32,000 nt of DNA from Pseudodesulfovibrio piezophilus C1TLV30 (GTDB lineage Bacteria > Desulfobacterota > Desulfovibrionia > Desulfovibrionales > Desulfovibrionaceae). The stretch covers positions 1,920,001 through 1,952,000 of the forward strand of contig NC_020409.1 in NCBI RefSeq assembly GCF_000341895.1. Direction: 5' to 3'. Below, one piece after another: positions 1 to 6,608 of the stretch (position 1 is the stretch's first letter; every line of letters begins with the position of its first letter). The notes beneath the pieces are model-generated. The model saw nothing but the letters and a program-made list of their open reading frames with translations, ran no database searches and had not been told where the DNA came from. Both the position numbers and the translations under genes were made by a program.

Positions 1-517
1 CGCAAACCACACGAACTTCACCGGTACGATTCTGAGACACGGAATGAACGCCATCGCTGTCCGCCCATATATCTGCGGTCTTCCGATCAATGGATTCTTC
101 CAGATAGAAAGACACCTCGATGGGGGCCATGCCCCGCTCAACCTCCAGGAACCGTGTGTCCTCAAGTTTCAGAGCCTTGCCCAGCCAAAAGGCGGGACCG
201 TCGGGTCGGGTATCAAGAGAAGTATGCGCTGCGTAGAGCCATGCTCCATGGTTCACCATCTGGCGGACCACATTCATAAACATGTTGTTGGAATCCAGTG
301 CCTTGGGCTTCATGTAAAGCGGGTGATGGGTCAGAATCACACCCGCCTCCCAATCCAGGCACTTGGACACCATGGACGGGGTCGGCTCAAGACAGACGGC
401 CACACGATCAGTTTCCCCCAGCGAACCAGCAATCTGCACGCCACAGTTGTCCCAGGCGCTCTGGTTTTCCTCTGGAGCCAAACGACGGAAAATCGGCAAA
501 ATATCTTTTATTTTCAT
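1..517 (-). CDS. Nif3-like dinuclear metal centre protein (YbgI / GTP cyclohydrolase I type 2 homologue), N-terminal part; the 3' end lies beyond the window
   Basis: This gene is missing from the ORF track because it runs off the window edge. The reverse complement reads GAGGTG-N7-ATG (ATG = 517..515), then MKIKDILPIFRRLAPEENQSAWDNCGVQIAGS...GVILTHHPLYMKPK...WLYAAHTSLDTRPDGPAFWLG with no stop down to position 1. The WDNxG, THHP and AHTxLD blocks are typical of the NIF3 family. Confidence 0.8.
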   Translation of the reverse strand, partial: MKIKDILPIFRRLAPEENQSAWDNCGVQIAGSLGETDRVAVCLEPTPSMVSKCLDWEAGVILTHHPLYMKPKALDSNNMFMNVVRQMVNHGAWLYAAHTSLDTRPDGPAFWLGKALKLEDTRFLEVERGMAPIEVSFYLEESIDRKTADIWADSDGVHSVSQNRTGEVRVVC

Positions 518-544
518 ATATTTACACCTCATTACCAGAAAGAG

Positions 545-578
545 AATGCTCCCGTAGGGATTCCCCCTCGGGAGCATT
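545..578 (-). terminator. Stem-loop between the tRNA and the Nif3-like gene (possible tRNA terminator or processing hairpin)
   Basis: A 10-bp perfect stem is formed by AATGCTCCCG (545..554) and CGGGAGCATT (569..578). T-rich tracts flank it on both strands (ATTTTCTT on +, CTCTTTCT on -). Confidence 0.35.
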
Positions 579-693
579 ATTTTCTTCATCTATATCCCAG
601 CCTGCGGCCTTCACGGGATACTTCAAGACATATGCGTTGAACATCGTTCCTGTATCGTATGGAATCAATCATTCCTCCCGCCTGAGGGGGGAT

Positions 694-769
694 TGGTGGG
701 CCAGCCAGGATTCGAACCTGGGACCGACCGGTTATGAGCCGGTGGCTCTGCCAACTGAGCTACTGGCCC
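694..769 (-). tRNA. tRNA with CAU anticodon (elongator tRNA-Met, or tRNA-Ile2 if C34 is lysidinylated)
   Basis: The reverse complement is GGGCCAGTAGCTCAGTTGGCAGAGCCACCGGCTCATAACCGGTCGGTCCCAGGTTCGAATCCTGGCTGGCCCACCA. It folds as a cloverleaf: 7-bp acceptor stem, GCTC/GAGC D stem, ACCGG/CCGGT anticodon stem, loop CTCATAA, CCAGG/CCTGG T stem with TTCGAAT loop, and an encoded CCA. It lacks the three G-C pairs of an initiator anticodon stem. The C4-G69 and C5-G68 pairs are also seen in E. coli tRNA-Ile2, so identity is ambiguous. Confidence 0.93.
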
Positions 770-813
770 GTAGTCTATGAGCAGGATACCTTATCCAAAG
801 AATCCGACAAATG

Positions 814-1134
814 TCAAGAGATCTTCTCACCAAAGAGAGACGTTTTCTTCTCCAAGCCTGTCGAAACGACCTCGACATCCATTTCAGTCCTCAGTGCTTG
901 CAGAAACTGCCGGATTTCCTTTTTCTGGTGAGGACTATACCACAGTTGCAAAATCCCCTTGAACTTATTGGTCACGGTAAAGATACCTAGGTTGTCATAC
1001 CCTTCAAGCAAAAATCGAAACAAGCCGATTTTCGCCGGATCAAGGCGGATATACATTCTTTGCGAACGAAGGGGCGGTGGCGGGCATATCCGCTTACGAG
1101 GCCGCCTGCGCGACGATTTTCCGACTTTGCTCAT
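814..1134 (-). CDS. DUF4911-like small protein
   Basis: This is the ORF 814..1170. The core sequence MYIRLDPAKIGLFRFLLEGYDNLGIFTV...LQLWYSPHQKKEIRQFLQAL resembles the DUF4911 family as I remember it. I prefer the start at 1134 (MSKVGK) because AGGA lies about 10 nt upstream. Starts at 1170 or 1056 remain possible. Confidence 0.6.
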   Translation of the reverse strand: MSKVGKSSRRRPRKRICPPPPLRSQRMYIRLDPAKIGLFRFLLEGYDNLGIFTVTNKFKGILQLWYSPHQKKEIRQFLQALRTEMDVEVVSTGLEKKTSLFGEKIS

Positions 1135-1286
1135 GGGCGTGGTCCTACATTCAGTCCGGGGAAAAGGCAATATCCAAGATACCTTTGCCTTTTCCCTTGT
1201 TTAAGCTATGATTAGACGTAAACGTCAAAATCCTACTCCCTTTTTTGACACATTTCATCTCATTTTTTGCTTGCAAGGAGGCCACC

Positions 1287-2480
1287 ATGGCTCATATCGC
1301 ACAGGATTCCCTGGCGACAATATATTTCACCTTCACCTGGAAGAGTTCTCATGCATCACATATTGAGAATTATCTGGCCAGGAATGTCAGCTTTACCCGC
1401 GACATTCTGCCTGTCGGCGTCAAAAGCCGCATGCGGGGACTTGGTGAAGGAGATTCCGTCCAGATGACGCTCGATCCATCAGAAGTCCCGGCCTTCAAAC
1501 CAGGCAAGATTCTGGATATGCCCATAGCCCGCTTTCAACCCAATGAGCTTGATATGCGCCCACGCATCGGGCGGTATTATCCTAAATATTTCATTGCTTC
1601 CGTTCCCGGTACTCGTCCGGACTCCACTACACCATTTCGCGTGGTCAACGTGGACCGGGGCGGATTCAAGGCCGACCTGAACCACCCCATGGCAGGTCGT
1701 GAAGTTACGATGAAAGCCAAGGTCATCGAAATAACGGACAAAAGCAGCGCAAAGGGAGTGCTCAATCGCTGGCCGGATATTTTCTTCAGTGGCCCCGGCA
1801 TGCAAGTCCGCCTGCTTGACTCTCCAACAGATTTTCTTGGCAATGAACCTTTTAAGCGGGAAGATGAGGCCGGAGATGCCGACTTTTACGCCAACCCGCA
1901 TCGTATCCATCACCTGGACAACCAAGCCAGACACAATGTGCAAACCGCCTATGGACACCTGCTCACGGACGGCATGGATATTCTCGACCTCATGGCCGGA
2001 CAGACTTCTCACCTTCCTTCTGCTTTGAAGCCTCGATCAATGACAGGGCTCGGGCTTAACAAGCGGGAGATGGAAGACAACACTGCACTGACAGCAAATA
2101 GTGTTCACAATCTCAACGAAGATCCCAAACTCCCCTTTGCGGACAACAGCTTTGACGCCATCATCTCGACCGGGGGCATCGAGTACCTGACAAAACCCTT
2201 TGAGATTTTCGATGAAGCCGCACGGGTCCTTCGCCCAGGTGGCATGTTTATCGTGGTCTTTTCCAACCAGTGGTTTCAACCAAAGGTGGTACATATATGG
2301 AGAGAACTCCTGGACTTCGAGCGCATGGGGCTCGTCAGTCAGTACTTTATCCGTTCTGGGGAGTATGAGGGGATAACCACGTACTCCGACCGCGGATGGT
2401 CCTCATCTGACGCAGCAAAAGGAGAAGACGGTACGCCCTCAAGTGACCCGATATATGCAGTTTGGGCGACCAAACGATAA
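1287..2480 (+). CDS. Fusion protein: SlyD-like FKBP domain (N-terminal) + class I SAM-dependent methyltransferase (Methyltransf_11-like, C-terminal)
   Basis: AAGGAGG lies 6 nt upstream of the ATG at 1287; the track ORF begins at a TTG at 1245. The N-terminal segment ...GLGEGDSVQMTLDPSE...FRVVNVDRGGFKADLNHPMAGREVTMKAKVIEI parallels the SlyD/FKBP pattern (DxNHPLAGKxLxFxVxVxxV). The C-terminal segment ILDLMAG...FDAIISTGGIEYLTKPFEIFDEAARVLRPGGMFIVVFSN is a typical methyltransferase motif I to post-III region. Confidence 0.85.
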   Translation: MAHIAQDSLATIYFTFTWKSSHASHIENYLARNVSFTRDILPVGVKSRMRGLGEGDSVQMTLDPSEVPAFKPGKILDMPIARFQPNELDMRPRIGRYYPKYFIASVPGTRPDSTTPFRVVNVDRGGFKADLNHPMAGREVTMKAKVIEITDKSSAKGVLNRWPDIFFSGPGMQVRLLDSPTDFLGNEPFKREDEAGDADFYANPHRIHHLDNQARHNVQTAYGHLLTDGMDILDLMAGQTSHLPSALKPRSMTGLGLNKREMEDNTALTANSVHNLNEDPKLPFADNSFDAIISTGGIEYLTKPFEIFDEAARVLRPGGMFIVVFSNQWFQPKVVHIWRELLDFERMGLVSQYFIRSGEYEGITTYSDRGWSSSDAAKGEDGTPSSDPIYAVWATKR

Positions 2481-2503
2481 TCAACACCATCACACACCAT
2501 CAC

Positions 2504-2548
2504 GAAGGCCGGTCCGCATGAATACAACGGACCGGCCTTCGCTTTTCT
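2504..2548 (+). terminator. Rho-independent terminator between convergent genes
   Basis: A 13-bp perfect stem is formed by GAAGGCCGGTCCG (2504..2516) and CGGACCGGCCTTC (2528..2540), followed by GCTTTTCT. Confidence 0.75.
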
Positions 2549-2575
2549 GGTGAGGGAATGGAAATTCAAACGCGA

Positions 2576-3583
2576 TCAGGTCAATTTTGCCTTGGACAAA
2601 ACAGAAATCAGCATAGTCAGCATCTCTGGATCGTGTGCGGTCTTACGACTTTTAATGCGTGTCAAAGCTTCGAATGGGGTCAGCTTTTTAACAAGGGATG
2701 TTCCGCGAATAAGGTTGTCATATTCATTACATAGGGAAAGGACCTTGACATAGGACGGTAGCATCTCTCCATGAGCACCAGAAGGATACCCCGACCCATC
2801 CATGCGCTCATGGTGGAAGAGAATACATTGCAGCGTCTCCTGAGGCAGCGGCAGGGAAGAACAAACCCCCACACCGAGGGCAGGATGGGATTCGACCAAT
2901 TCCCTTTCCTCCTTGTTCAGGCTTTCTCTGTGCCGGAAAAAAAGGGTCTCTGGCAACTCCAACTTCCCGATATCGTGAAACATGGCCCCCATACCGACTG
3001 CGACCAACAGGTCTTCATCCTTCACATATGTGTTCATCACGCTCAGAGTCATGACCATGACTCCGATTCCGTGCAAAAAGACTTCCTCACCCTCCGCAAT
3101 AAACCGGGTCAACTCCCGTATGGCATCAGCCCGCGCCAGGAATTTCAAACTGCTGTTGACCAACTTCTTGATTTTGAGGAACTCCCGCTTACCGGTCCTC
3201 TTGGGCAAATCGCGAGTAAAAGCCTCACGGGCCAGAGAAACCGCAGCATCATTCCAGACCCGTGCCCGCTCTGCAACAGGGATGTCTTCGTCATATAAAA
3301 GTTGGAGGAGATTCTCCTGAAGATAGGAAGTATAGGCAGCGTAATCTTCAACTTTAACATACAAATGATCCACGCCGAGACGAGTCAGCCGACTTTTGTG
3401 AATGTCAGCCAGGAGCACGCCCTTTTCCGCATAAAGGACATAGGTTTCCCCCTGCTTGAGAAACAGGGCAAACCCAACTCTCCGCGACGGGATGACCATG
3501 AAAGGTGAAATTTTAAAGACCCCGAACCGTTTCTTGCGAACAGGCTTGGCTTCGTCTACCGAGGCACTGTTTTCCATATGCAT
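2576..3583 (-). CDS. HD-GYP domain protein (putative c-di-GMP phosphodiesterase) with an uncharacterised N-terminal domain
   Basis: The motifs MFHDIGKLELPE...ESHPALG...FHHERMDGSGYPSG give the HD and HHExxDGxGYP signatures. I prefer the start at 3583 (MHMENSA) because AGGGA lies 4 nt upstream. The track ORF start at 3634 has no RBS. Confidence 0.9.
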   Translation of the reverse strand: MHMENSASVDEAKPVRKKRFGVFKISPFMVIPSRRVGFALFLKQGETYVLYAEKGVLLADIHKSRLTRLGVDHLYVKVEDYAAYTSYLQENLLQLLYDEDIPVAERARVWNDAAVSLAREAFTRDLPKRTGKREFLKIKKLVNSSLKFLARADAIRELTRFIAEGEEVFLHGIGVMVMTLSVMNTYVKDEDLLVAVGMGAMFHDIGKLELPETLFFRHRESLNKEERELVESHPALGVGVCSSLPLPQETLQCILFHHERMDGSGYPSGAHGEMLPSYVKVLSLCNEYDNLIRGTSLVKKLTPFEALTRIKSRKTAHDPEMLTMLISVLSKAKLT

Positions 3584-3643
3584 ATTTCCCTGGGGCGCCG
3601 AATCGTCACGGCCCCGAGGTGCATTGCAAATCATTCGGGCAGA

Positions 3644-3745
3644 CTCTTGGCAACCCGGCTATCTTGTATCCCGGCATTATTGCCGAAAAAGACCCGTGGC
3701 TTTCCGTCCCCGCCTCACGACGGGTTTGGCTTTCTCTTCGGCAGG
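3644..3745 (-). ncRNA. Candidate c-di-GMP-I (GEMM-I) riboswitch aptamer in the leader of the HD-GYP gene
   Basis: The minus-strand RNA 3736->3644 is GAGAAAGCCAAACCCGUCGUGAGGCGGGGACGGAAAGCCACGGGUCUUUUUCGGCAAUAAUGCCGGGAUACAAGAUAGCCGGGUUGCCAAGAG. Blocks GCCAAA, a 6-bp hairpin CCCGUC-GUGA-GGCGGG with a GNRA loop, GACGGAAAGCC, and AGCCGGGUUGCC line up with the Vibrio Vc2 aptamer as I recall it (GGCAAA, CCAUUC-GAAA-GAGUGG, GACGCAAAGCC, AGCGGGGUUACC). No covariance-model search was run. Confidence 0.5.
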
Positions 3746-3823
3746 CAACATACCCGCCGAAGCCCCTCCTGTAAACGGGGTAAAGAACCTGCTTATTTTA
3801 TTGGGCTTTAGAAGTAGACAAAC

Positions 3824-4288
3824 CTAATAAAGACTTTGTTGGGCAAGAAAGACCTTCCGGGCATGGTCAAGAGATTCATTTTTCAGGTAATCACGAGTAA
3901 ATTCAAAACAGATTTCATCCGCATCCACAAAAGCCATGACCACATCGAACTCTACATCTTCGACGATTCTCATCGAATCGATGACCGTATCCACGTCTGT
4001 GGACGGCGACAACTCAAGACTTTCCATCGTCTCAATCGCCTTCTCGATACCATGGACAGCTTCGGAAGTGACAGGGGCCTCCAGTCGAATTTCGGACAGG
4101 GAATCCCTGATTTCCGTCAAGGCCCGAAGGTGAAGTACTTCATCTTCCTTGATACCGGACAGGCATTGAACAAACGCTTCATTCTTCCCGAAGTGGGTTT
4201 CCAGCCTATCATAAAATTCATAGGCAAGCGTTTCCATTTTCATGGCTTTTTCGATGAGTTGCCCAAGTGTCATTTGAGAATTCAGCAT
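3824..4288 (-). CDS. Ferritin-like / rubrerythrin-family four-helix-bundle protein
   Basis: The 154-aa helical protein begins LIEKAMKMETLAYEFYDRL and contains an ExxH motif (EDEVLH), as in ferritin-like diiron domains. The second metal motif is not obvious. Confidence 0.6.
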   Translation of the reverse strand: MLNSQMTLGQLIEKAMKMETLAYEFYDRLETHFGKNEAFVQCLSGIKEDEVLHLRALTEIRDSLSEIRLEAPVTSEAVHGIEKAIETMESLELSPSTDVDTVIDSMRIVEDVEFDVVMAFVDADEICFEFTRDYLKNESLDHARKVFLAQQSLY

Positions 4289-4402
4289 GGATTCTTTTGA
4301 TATGAAAGATGGTCGGAGTCAACCCTGCAAAGGTGCTTTCAGGGGGACTAAGAAAAAATCCGGTGCTCCCCGTCCAGGAAGTCACCGGATCATTACATGG
4401 CT

Positions 4403-5416
4403 TCAGCCAAGCCAGTTCATAACAAAGCCAGTGGTTATCGCCATACCGAAAACTGAGCAGAGGAAAGCACTAATCACAGGCCACCGAAACAGCCCCTTGA
4501 GCATGATCATCTCGGGAAGACTGGCTCCGGCCCCTCCAATGACAAGCGCAACCACCGCCCCCAGACTCATCCCTTTACCCATGAGCGAGAGACCGATAGG
4601 CAGCAGAGTCGAAGCACGCACATACAAGGGAACACCTATCAAGGCGGAAAATGGTACGGCCAGGGCATTGTCTGCACCAGCATACCGAGCAACCACATCG
4701 GAGGGAACAAACCCGTGTAGCAGAGCACCGATAACAAGACCAAGGGTGATCAATGGCATGAGTTTGAGAAACTGCCCTAAGGCATCGTGAAAAATCCTAT
4801 TCCACCGCGAAGGCTCCCCCTTGGCTGGATTTTGAACACCTGCCGGAGCCATGGGCAGTATCGTAACAGAGGTATCGCCTCCACCGCCAGGCGTGGATGT
4901 GGAGCAGGCACAGCCGCCGAGGCTTCCCCGATCCAAAAGATCATCCTTAATGAATCTCTGAAAATTCAAGCGGTGCAACCCCCACCCCGCAAATATGGCC
5001 AACACCAAGGCCATGAACACATAGAGAGCTGTTGTCTTTGCTCCGAACAGGGTCAGAAAAAGCCCGACAATGATCGGATTAACCAAAGGGGACGTGAACA
5101 GGAACGTCATGGTCGGTCCAAATCCTGCCCGCGCCTTGAGCAGGCCGACTGTCATCGGGATGGTCGAACAACTGCAAAACGGTGTAATGGCCCCCAGGAC
5201 AGCCCCTGCCAGATACCCTCGGCCCTGCCGTTCTGACAGGATGGATTTGATTTTCTCCGCAGGAACGAACTCGTTGATAACCCCAACCAGAAAGCTGATC
5301 CCCACAAAAAGCACAGCCAGTTCAACAAACGCAAAGACAAAGAAGTCAGCCGAGCCTGCAAGCTTCACCACCCACGCAGAATTGCCCGGACCAACCAGAG
5401 TTTGAAAATAATTCAT
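4403..5416 (-). CDS. ArsP/DUF318-type permease (PF03773-like)
   Basis: This is a polytopic membrane protein with the family signature ITPFCSCSTIP and a central Gly/Cys-rich loop (GGCACSTSTPGGGGD). The RBS GGAGATGAG lies directly upstream of the ATG at 5416. It sits immediately downstream of an ArsR-family gene. Confidence 0.85.
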   Translation of the reverse strand: MNYFQTLVGPGNSAWVVKLAGSADFFVFAFVELAVLFVGISFLVGVINEFVPAEKIKSILSERQGRGYLAGAVLGAITPFCSCSTIPMTVGLLKARAGFGPTMTFLFTSPLVNPIIVGLFLTLFGAKTTALYVFMALVLAIFAGWGLHRLNFQRFIKDDLLDRGSLGGCACSTSTPGGGGDTSVTILPMAPAGVQNPAKGEPSRWNRIFHDALGQFLKLMPLITLGLVIGALLHGFVPSDVVARYAGADNALAVPFSALIGVPLYVRASTLLPIGLSLMGKGMSLGAVVALVIGGAGASLPEMIMLKGLFRWPVISAFLCSVFGMAITTGFVMNWLG

Positions 5417-5425
5417 CTCATCTCC

Positions 5426-5447
5426 ATATTTCTAGAAATCTAGAATA
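5426..5447. promoter_or_regulatory. Putative ArsR operator (palindrome) upstream of the permease
   Basis: The site is ATATTTCTAGAAATCTAGAATA and contains the perfect 12-bp palindrome ATTTCTAGAAAT (5428..5439). The 12-mer ATATTTCTAGAA recurs at 5815..5826 upstream of arsR. Confidence 0.4.
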
Positions 5448-5469
5448 ATTAGCACAAAAAAACACGCAC

Positions 5470-5787
5470 CTATTTTGGAACAATATTCCCAGAGCAACAC
5501 TCCGACAACAGAAAATCCGCAGTCTCCTTCACGGCATCCATAAGCGGCAGACAATACAACGTCCGGCTTTCCCTGCGTTGCTCTACCAGCCCGGCATTGA
5601 CCATCCGTGATATATGATGCGACAGGGTCGATCCTGGAATATCCAAAATTTTCTGCACATCACCCACAGCCACCCCTTTCCGGCCTGCCTTGACCAGCAC
5701 CCGAAAAATAGACAGGCGAGTCAGGTTCCCCAATTCGCCGAGTCGCTTGGCATGAAGTTCCATTTCCTTGCTCATGCATGTGATCAT
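5470..5787 (-). CDS. ArsR/SmtB-family metal(loid)-responsive transcriptional repressor
   Basis: The segment LGNLTRLSIFRVLVKAGRKGVAVGDVQKILDIPGSTLSHHISRMVNAGLV is a typical ArsR winged helix-turn-helix. The C-terminal tail carries a vicinal Cys pair (SECCSGN). Confidence 0.88.
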   Translation of the reverse strand: MITCMSKEMELHAKRLGELGNLTRLSIFRVLVKAGRKGVAVGDVQKILDIPGSTLSHHISRMVNAGLVEQRRESRTLYCLPLMDAVKETADFLLSECCSGNIVPK

Positions 5788-5813
5788 ACTGAGGGCAATC
5801 CTTTCTTGTCAAC

Positions 5814-5835
5814 TATATTTCTAGAATTTTCGAAA
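5814..5835. promoter_or_regulatory. Putative ArsR operator upstream of arsR
   Basis: The site is TATATTTCTAGAATTTTCGAAA. It shares ATATTTCTAGAA with the site at 5426..5437, and both the TTCTAGAA and TTTCGAAA cores are palindromic. It lies about 27 nt upstream of the arsR ATG. Confidence 0.4.
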
Positions 5836-5879
5836 CAACTTTCATACCATCACCGCGAACACAGAGCCCAAGCCCCGGA

Positions 5880-6404
5880 TCAGGAACAGCGGCAGCCAAG
5901 GGACTCCTTGACCTCTTCAGCAATAATCTGTGCAAAGGTTTCTTCACAACACTGCCCTGCCGGGTGCCGGGTGGCGCAGGCCGAAGTCACTTCCGAACGA
6001 TGCAGCAGGACAATTTCCTCCATTGTTCTCAGCCCTTTGACTGCAACGCCATGCCGAATCATCTCTCGGGTGATCCTATTACAATAGCAGATATATGCCG
6101 GTTCGGCACCTCTCTTGCTCCATATCGGGGTGTCTGTCTGATCAACCGTGAAATGATGCGACCCATCCTGCGCATACCAGGCAACAGAACAATCTGGAGA
6201 AAGGCAGAGACCATAGATTTTTTCCACAGCCTGTTCACGGAATGTGTCCGTGAGCAGATACCGCACGGTTCCCGCTTTGACTCGCATCCCCTTTTCACCA
6301 CAACAGGGGCATACTGTCTCGATATATTTTGCCGGTCCACCACAGGTACACGTCGTACTTTTGGTGTTCATAGGCAGATCCATCATTGATTTTGTCATGG
6401 TCAT
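5880..6404 (-). CDS. Cys-rich putative Fe-S metallochaperone: CopZ-N-terminal-like zinc/[2Fe-2S] region with BFD-like [2Fe-2S] motif
   Basis: The sequence CTCGG...CPCCGEKGMRVKAGTVRYLL...GLCLSPDCSVAWY...ICYCNRITREMI...ACATRHPAGQCC matches the CxC...C...CC spacing of BFD-like (2Fe-2S) domains. It also matches the N-terminal domain of Archaeoglobus-type CopZ as I remember it. I prefer the start at 6404 because GAGGAAGAA lies directly upstream; the track ORF begins at 6500. Confidence 0.65.
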   Translation of the reverse strand: MTMTKSMMDLPMNTKSTTCTCGGPAKYIETVCPCCGEKGMRVKAGTVRYLLTDTFREQAVEKIYGLCLSPDCSVAWYAQDGSHHFTVDQTDTPIWSKRGAEPAYICYCNRITREMIRHGVAVKGLRTMEEIVLLHRSEVTSACATRHPAGQCCEETFAQIIAEEVKESLGCRCS

Positions 6405-6608
6405 TTCTTCCTCTGTATTGGACTCAACAACATCCCTTTCATGCCTTCTTTCCCATGGTAACAACTTCAATGCCAATTGACCACAGCGTTCAGTTTTCAT
6501 AAAAACATTCCCTCCCCAAAACTATCATGTTCAATTTCCCCGACACAAGAGACACTGTAGACAAAATATTTCTCGCCAGATTACAGACCGACTTCCAGGG
6601 AGGTAAGC

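Noticed and set aside
44-640. 198-aa plus-strand ORF (and nested ORFs 298..780 and 363..557)
   Set aside because: It is antisense to a clearly recognisable Nif3-like gene on the minus strand. The composition is rich in His, Arg, Pro and Gly, there is no RBS, and it reads through the tRNA region.
1-1200. tRNA-associated genomic island or integrase
   Set aside because: There is no integrase, no direct repeat of the tRNA 3' end and no mobile-element gene on either side of the tRNA.
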